Assembly (NCBI GenBank): GCA_035541775.1
Contig: DATKMP010000120.1
Span: 1 to 39,196, forward strand
Origin: Bacteroidota bacterium
GTDB taxonomy: Bacteria > Bacteroidota > Ignavibacteria > UBA10030
DNA length: 39,196 bases
Direction: 5' to 3'
A model generated the notes under the pieces. The model worked only from the letters and a program-made list of their open reading frames with translations. It was not told the DNA's origin and did no database searches. Each line of letters starts with the position of its first letter. Within the stretch, counting starts at the first letter, position 1. This document shows positions 33,899 through 39,196 of the stretch, in pieces. A program made the position numbers and the translations under genes.

Positions 33899-34570
33899 AT
33901 GGGAATTGTTGAACGTAAAGAACGCGAAAAAGAGCACAGAAAAGAGGAAATTTTAGACGCCGCACAAAAAGTCTTTTTTGAAAAAGGGCTTGCTGTTGCA
34001 ACGATGGATGAAATAGCGGAAACGGCTGAGTTAAGCAAGGGAACACTTTACCTTTATTACAAAAGTAAAGAAGATATGTATCTCGCCGTGATGATGCGGG
34101 GGATGGAAGAATTGTATGACGAATTTGAACGCATCAGTAGTTCGGAACTTTTAACGGTGGAAAAAATTATAAAACTTGGAGATGCATACAGAGAATATTT
34201 TTATAAGCACCGTAAGTATTTCCGGATGATTCACTTTCTTCAGAATCCGCAAATTCATAAACAGGTTTCCGAAGAAATGAGGCAGCATTGTGACCGAGAA
34301 GCCCAAAAGATGTGGAACGTGATTCAAAGTATTTTGAAACACGGCATCGACGATGGCGTTCTGCGAAATAACTTCAACCCTATTGAACTTGGTGTTATTC
34401 TTTGGTCGAATATGACGGCGCTGTTGTTCCGCATCGATAACGAAAATATGATGTGGAAAGAGCGGTTCAATATCGATTTAGAACACACATTAGAAATTTC
34501 AAGCGCGTTATTGCTCGAATCAATTCTGACAGATCATGGACGTGCGGACTTGGCATCGCTCAAACGGTGA
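33899..34570 (+). CDS. TetR/AcrR-family transcriptional repressor
   Basis: N-terminal HTH ILDAAQKVFFEKGLAVATMDEIAETAELSKGTLYLYYKSKEDMY. It lies immediately upstream of the efflux genes. Confidence 0.9.
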   Translation: MGIVERKEREKEHRKEEILDAAQKVFFEKGLAVATMDEIAETAELSKGTLYLYYKSKEDMYLAVMMRGMEELYDEFERISSSELLTVEKIIKLGDAYREYFYKHRKYFRMIHFLQNPQIHKQVSEEMRQHCDREAQKMWNVIQSILKHGIDDGVLRNNFNPIELGVILWSNMTALLFRIDNENMMWKERFNIDLEHTLEISSALLLESILTDHGRADLASLKR

Positions 34571-34602
34571 TCGTCGCTTTAGTTTTTAAACAAGAGGAAC
34601 CA

Positions 34603-35958
34603 ATGGTAAAACGATTAACGAAAATAATTTTTCTCCTTTCGATAAGTATCTATCCATCTTTTGCACAGCAAAAACTTTCCCTCACGATCGAACAAGCGAT
34701 TCAAACGGGATTGGAAAACAGCAAAGCGCTCCGTACCTCGCAGTTTAAAGTACAAGCCGCCGATGCGAAAGCAAGCGAGACGAATACACTCGGGCTGCCG
34801 TCTCTCAAATTCAACGGAACGTACACGAGATTGAGCAGTGTGCCTGGCTTGGTATTTCCATTTCCAGTAGGAGGAGTTGTGAATTCAGACAATACGGTCA
34901 CACTCATAACGCAAAATTATCCCTTGACCTCGGACATTCTCAATAACTATGGTTTGAAGGCGACAGTGCAGCAGCCGTTGTTCACCGGTGGAAAAATTTC
35001 TGGTGCAATCGATGCCGCAGAATATTCGGCAACGGCAACGCACGAAGATTTCCGCAAGGATCACGCGGAAGTGTTATATAGCATCAAACAGGCATATTGG
35101 AATCTCTACCGCGCCATCGAATTTAAAAAATTTGTCGATGAAAACGTCGATCAAATTAAATCGCATACAATCGACGCAGAAAATCTTTTTAAACAAGGAT
35201 TGTTGACAACAAACGATGTGATGAAGGTTCGCGTTCAATATTCCGATGCTTTAGTTCGCCAGATCGACGCAAAAAATAATGTTCAATTAGCAATGTTGAT
35301 GTTGAACAATACGCTCGGACTTCCGCTGCAAACGGAAATCGCTCTTGCTTCCACTATTAATATTGCCAATCGCGATTGGTCGCCCACAGAGCAATTGATA
35401 AAAACAGCGTTCGAAAAACGTCCGGAGATGCTCGGCATGAACGCCCGCGTGAAAGCAGGCGAGGCAGGTGTTACTTCTGCCCGCGGTGGATGGTGGCCAC
35501 AAGTCTATTTCGTTGGAAATTATGATTACAACAGGCCGAACCAGCGATATTTCCCGGCTACGGATGAATTTAAAGATTCATGGGATGTCTCTGTTTCTGT
35601 TTCGTTCGATCTCTGGAATTGGAACCAAACAGGCCATCAAACAACACAAGCACAAGCGCAATTAGCGCAAGCGCAAGAAGGGCTTTCGATGACGAAGGAC
35701 GGCATTACCCTGGAAGTAACGCAATGCTATTTGAATATTCAAAAAGCAAAAGAACGCAAAGTCGTTTCGGAACAGGAAGTCGCGCAAGCAGAAGAAAATT
35801 ATCGCACGATGGAGGGCAAATACAAACAAGGCCTTGCCGCAAATTCCGAACTGCTTGATGCCGAAGTCGCATTGCTGCAGGCGAAATTAAATTTAACACA
35901 ATCATTAGTCGATTATGAACTTGCCAACGCACAACTCTCGAAAGCGATTGGTGAATAA
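34603..35958 (+). CDS. TolC-like outer-membrane efflux protein
   Basis: Signal peptide (IFLLSISIYPSFAQQ). Two OEP repeats with typical LSLTIEQAIQTGLENSKALR and coiled-coil-rich segments. The start was trimmed to ATG 34603, since the track ORF begins inside tetR. Confidence 0.88.
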   Translation: MVKRLTKIIFLLSISIYPSFAQQKLSLTIEQAIQTGLENSKALRTSQFKVQAADAKASETNTLGLPSLKFNGTYTRLSSVPGLVFPFPVGGVVNSDNTVTLITQNYPLTSDILNNYGLKATVQQPLFTGGKISGAIDAAEYSATATHEDFRKDHAEVLYSIKQAYWNLYRAIEFKKFVDENVDQIKSHTIDAENLFKQGLLTTNDVMKVRVQYSDALVRQIDAKNNVQLAMLMLNNTLGLPLQTEIALASTINIANRDWSPTEQLIKTAFEKRPEMLGMNARVKAGEAGVTSARGGWWPQVYFVGNYDYNRPNQRYFPATDEFKDSWDVSVSVSFDLWNWNQTGHQTTQAQAQLAQAQEGLSMTKDGITLEVTQCYLNIQKAKERKVVSEQEVAQAEENYRTMEGKYKQGLAANSELLDAEVALLQAKLNLTQSLVDYELANAQLSKAIGE

Positions 35959-35980
35959 GAATTTAGCAAAGGAAACTATT

Positions 35981-37039
35981 ATGAAGACAAAAACACGAAT
36001 TATACTGATCAGCAGCATTGTTGTGATCCTTCTCATCATTCTCATGGTGAAAAACAAAATAGAAATGAATGCATCCAAGGGCGCCGGTGCGATGACAACG
36101 TCTCCAGCGGTCTCCGTGTATAAAGCACAAAAACAATCTATCGATAATCGATTTTCGCTTGTGGGAACGCTGAATGGCTTTAACGATGTTGTGGTACTAT
36201 CGGAAACGCAAGGGCGCGTGGTGAAAGTCGATGCCGAAGTTGGGCAATATAAGGAAGCTGGTTCGGTTCTGGTGGAAGTGGACAGCGAAACAAGAGAAGC
36301 CGCATACAAGGCAGCAGAAGTGAATTACGAAAAAGCAAAAAAAGATTTAGAACGTTACGAAGTACTTTATAACGAGCATTCAATTTCTGATTCTCAAATT
36401 GAACAAGCACGTTGGGCATATCAAAGCGCAGACGCTCAGTATATTACAGCCCGCCGCGCGTTCACCGATACGAAAATCACAACGCCGATTTCCGGAATTG
36501 TGACAGCACGATACGTCAATGTGGGAACCATGACCGTCGGCGCGCCACAGGCAACGCAGATTGCCAATATTGTTGATATCTCTCGCTTGAAAGCAAAAGT
36601 ACAGGTTGCGGAAAAAGATGTGTTCCGATTGCATACCGGCGATGCGGTGGATATAACGACCGATGTATTTCCGAAGGCAGTGTTTGCGGGAAAGATATTC
36701 ACCATTTCTTCGAAAGGAGATGATGGGCATACGTACGCTGTAGAAGTACTTTTGCCGAATCCGAAACTGCAACTAAAAGCCGGTATGTTTGTGCATGTCA
36801 CCTTCAAGCCGAATGCAGAAAACAATGCAATGATCATTCCGCGAGCAGCGATTATTGGCAGTGTGCAAAATGCGCAAGTCTATGTCGTGAAAAATAATAT
36901 TGCGACATTGCGCTCCATTCTTGCCGGAGCAGAAATTGGTACGAATGTGGAAGTGCTGCAAGGACTTCAAGAAGGCGAAGTGGTGGTGGTGGATGGGCAA
37001 AACAATCTGAACGACAACATCCAGGTTGTGGTCCATTAA
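35981..37039 (+). CDS. RND efflux periplasmic adaptor (membrane fusion protein, HlyD family)
   Basis: N-terminal TM anchor (IILISSIVVILLIILMV). Lipoyl/beta-barrel motifs (GTLNGFNDVVVLSETQGRVVKVDAEVGQYKEAGSVLVEVD; ITTPISGIVTARYVNVG). The start was trimmed to ATG 35981. Confidence 0.88.
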   Translation: MKTKTRIILISSIVVILLIILMVKNKIEMNASKGAGAMTTSPAVSVYKAQKQSIDNRFSLVGTLNGFNDVVVLSETQGRVVKVDAEVGQYKEAGSVLVEVDSETREAAYKAAEVNYEKAKKDLERYEVLYNEHSISDSQIEQARWAYQSADAQYITARRAFTDTKITTPISGIVTARYVNVGTMTVGAPQATQIANIVDISRLKAKVQVAEKDVFRLHTGDAVDITTDVFPKAVFAGKIFTISSKGDDGHTYAVEVLLPNPKLQLKAGMFVHVTFKPNAENNAMIIPRAAIIGSVQNAQVYVVKNNIATLRSILAGAEIGTNVEVLQGLQEGEVVVVDGQNNLNDNIQVVVH

Positions 37040-37066
37040 TGTGTGTAGGAATAAAGGATTAATGTT

Positions 37067-39196
37067 ATGACGCTTACTGAATTATCTATTAAACGGCCGA
37101 CGTTAGTGGTTGTTACTTTTACCGTGCTGGCTGTGCTGGGCATCTTCAGTTATTTTCAATTGAAGTATGAACTGCTTCCCAAAATGTCCATTCCTGTCGT
37201 CACGATTACGACGGTGTACCCCGGCGCGTCGCCGTACGAAGTCGAAAACAACGTCAGCAAAGTGATCGAAGATGCGGTCTCTGGCATTGATAAGATCGAC
37301 AATGTACGCTCGACATCCTTCGAAGGAATGTCGTTGGTGATTATCGAATTTAAACAAGATGCAGACATAGACAATGTTGTGCAGGATGCATCGCGGAAAG
37401 TGAATGCGGTGCTTTCCCAGCTTCCCACTGACGCCAAACAACCGACGGTTTCCAAAATTGCATTCGATGAAATTCCCGTGCTTCGGATGGGAGTGACCAG
37501 CAGCATGGATTCTCGGGAATTTTATCAATTTATGAAGGACCGTGTTCAACCGCGCATTTCAAAAATTGCCGGTGTTGCCCAGGTGTCGCTGACAGGGGGT
37601 GAGGAACGCGAGATCAAAGTAAATTTAGATGCGAATAAGGTCCGTGCGAACGGACTTTCGATTTTGCAAGTGATGCAAGCAGTTCGCAACGCGAATATGG
37701 ATTTTCCGACAGGAAATGTCAAAGATGCCGATGCGCAATTTGTTGTACGTATTGCCGGGAAGTTCAAATCGATCGAAGATTTGCGACAACTGGTCATTGG
37801 CCGTTCGCGTCAAGGCGGGGACATTCGTCTTGCGGATATTGCCGAAGTACAGGATGGACGAAAAGATTATTCTCAAATCAACCGTGTTAACGGCGTAACA
37901 TCCATTGGTATTCAAGTCGTCAAACAATCCGATGCCAATGCTGTTTCTGTCAGTGGCCTTGTCCGCGCAGAGTTGATAAAGATTCAAAAAGAATTCCAAC
38001 AGCAAGGCATTGTTTTCACGATTGCCGAAGATAGCTCGACGTTCACACTCGATTCGGCAAATGCCGTGAAAAAAGATCTTCTCATGGCGGTGTTGATGGT
38101 TGCTATTGTTATGCTTTTGTTTTTGCACAGCGTAAGAAATTCTCTTATTGTCCTCGTGGCAATTCCGACTTCGTTAATTACGACGTTTGGGTTTATGTAT
38201 GCGATGGATTTCTCGATGAATTTGATGACGCTGCTTGCCATGTCGCTGGTGATCGGTATTCTTGTGGACGATTCGATTGTCGTCCTTGAAAACATCTATC
38301 ATCATCTCGAAAGAGGAGAAGAGACGCGCGTTGCCGCACTGCGCGGGAGAAATGAAATAGGATTTGCCGCCTTATCGATCACCATGGTTGATGTGGTCGT
38401 GTTTTTACCATTATCGCTCGTCAGCGGAATTGTGGGCCAGATCATGCGGCAATATGCTCTTGTTGTTGTCGGTTCGACGCTGACAAGTTTGTTTGTGTCC
38501 TTCACGATTACACCAACGCTTGCGTCACGGTTTGCAAAACTTGAACGGCTTTCAGAACAAACATTGTTAGGAAAGTTCGCCCTGGCCTTTGAACGATATT
38601 ATCACAAATTTTCCGATTTGTACCAACGATTATTGAAATGGGCGCTCAATAGCAAAGTATGGTTTCATATCCGTTGGTGGAGGTTCGATTGGAAATTTAC
38701 GAACAAGATGAAAGTGATTGCCGCAACATCGATGTTGTTTATTGCAGCATTCATGCTTCCGATGTTTGGATTTATCGGAAACGAATTTATGCCTCAGGCC
38801 GATAGAGGTGAATTCAGCGTCTCCATTGAATTGGAGCCCGGAGCTTCGATCGAACAAAATAATCAGACCACCTTAAAGATCGAACGTATCTTTGCACAGA
38901 TACCGGAAATCCAAAAGGTCTTTACCGGTGTCGGTGCTCAGGATGCTGGTTCACTTTCGCTCTCAAGCGATAATTTGACGCAGCTTAACGTAACGCTTAT
39001 TCCCAAAGACATGCGGAAGAAATCGACCACAGAGATCGGGGAAGAAATAAAAGCGAAATTAAAAGAACTTCCCGGTGTCAAAGGTTATGTGTCGCCCATC
39101 GGTATGTTTGGCTCCGCGAATCAAGCATCGATACAAATCGCGGTCAACGGTACCGATTTTAATGCATTGACAAAAGCGGCTAATCAAGTTGCCGAT
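37067..39196 (+). CDS. RND (AcrB/HAE1-type) inner-membrane efflux transporter. N-terminal 710 codons only; the 3' end lies outside the window
   Basis: Hand translation from ATG 37067 gives MTLTELSIKRPTLVVVTFTVLAVLGIFSYFQLKYELLPKMSIPVVTITTVYPGASPYEVEN... It continues ...NLMTLLAMSLVIGILVDDSIVVLENIYHHLERGE... with no stop up to 39196. It is absent from the ORF track only because it has no stop codon in the window. The many minus-strand shadow ORFs over 37103-38857 are consistent with this. Confidence 0.9.
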   Translation, partial: MTLTELSIKRPTLVVVTFTVLAVLGIFSYFQLKYELLPKMSIPVVTITTVYPGASPYEVENNVSKVIEDAVSGIDKIDNVRSTSFEGMSLVIIEFKQDADIDNVVQDASRKVNAVLSQLPTDAKQPTVSKIAFDEIPVLRMGVTSSMDSREFYQFMKDRVQPRISKIAGVAQVSLTGGEEREIKVNLDANKVRANGLSILQVMQAVRNANMDFPTGNVKDADAQFVVRIAGKFKSIEDLRQLVIGRSRQGGDIRLADIAEVQDGRKDYSQINRVNGVTSIGIQVVKQSDANAVSVSGLVRAELIKIQKEFQQQGIVFTIAEDSSTFTLDSANAVKKDLLMAVLMVAIVMLLFLHSVRNSLIVLVAIPTSLITTFGFMYAMDFSMNLMTLLAMSLVIGILVDDSIVVLENIYHHLERGEETRVAALRGRNEIGFAALSITMVDVVVFLPLSLVSGIVGQIMRQYALVVVGSTLTSLFVSFTITPTLASRFAKLERLSEQTLLGKFALAFERYYHKFSDLYQRLLKWALNSKVWFHIRWWRFDWKFTNKMKVIAATSMLFIAAFMLPMFGFIGNEFMPQADRGEFSVSIELEPGASIEQNNQTTLKIERIFAQIPEIQKVFTGVGAQDAGSLSLSSDNLTQLNVTLIPKDMRKKSTTEIGEEIKAKLKELPGVKGYVSPIGMFGSANQASIQIAVNGTDFNALTKAANQVAD

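Noticed and set aside
1-39196. A search by eye for CRISPR arrays, tRNA/rRNA genes, toxin-antitoxin pairs and defence-system genes.
   Set aside because: I saw no short regularly spaced direct repeats, no cloverleaf-like or rRNA-like segments, and no nuclease, methylase or ATPase-type ORFs. Small ncRNAs or riboswitches in the 240-330-nt spacers cannot be excluded without covariance-model searches (Rfam/Infernal).

Overview
All credible genes in this 39.2-kb window are on the + strand.

**Xylan locus (about 1-30,800).** This region reads as one large glucuronoarabinoxylan-utilisation locus, in this order:
- a 5'-truncated FucI-superfamily sugar isomerase;
- an operon of signal-peptide-bearing (periplasmic) trimming and debranching enzymes: GH8 Rex-like, GH115, GH97, GH43;
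- an operon of signal-peptide-less (cytoplasmic) proteins: GH3, a divergent GH116/DUF608-like hydrolase, and a PfkB kinase;
- a GPH-family oligosaccharide:cation symporter plus a GH10 xylanase;
- a SusC-like TonB-dependent transporter followed not by a SusD but by two large T9SS-sorted proteins. One is a 612-aa predicted beta-helix protein. The other is a 1249-aa FG-GAP/ASPIC protein with an inserted CBM-like module and four Fn3 modules;
- a SASA/DUF303-type acetylesterase;
- a LacI-family regulator.

**Downstream of the locus.** There is an nfnAB-like oxidoreductase pair with an ATGA overlap, a Dabb protein, and a TetR-TolC-MFP-RND efflux operon. The RND gene runs off the right edge. It is missing from the ORF track because it has no stop codon in the window.

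**Most interesting signals:**
1. The SusD-less TBDT plus two T9SS-CTD partner proteins looks like a candidate alternative surface glycan-capture (and possibly cleavage) module.
2. A roughly 63-nt promoter/operator-like block is present twice as a direct repeat (9229-9293 and 15472-15534). The two copies bracket the cytoplasmic GH3-GH116-PfkB module.
3. An 820-bp gene-free gap contains what looks like a decayed minus-strand gene.
4. AATGAT/ATCATT hexamers cluster around the LacI-family gene.

**Organism.** The NQNYPNPFNPST-type T9SS C-terminal domains, the absence of SusD and the AGGAG-type ribosome-binding sites suggest a non-Bacteroidota FCB-group organism, Ignavibacteria/Melioribacter-like. 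This is inference only.

**Limits.** I recognised no tRNA, rRNA, CRISPR array, transposase or integrase. All family calls rest on motif recognition by eye, not on database searches.
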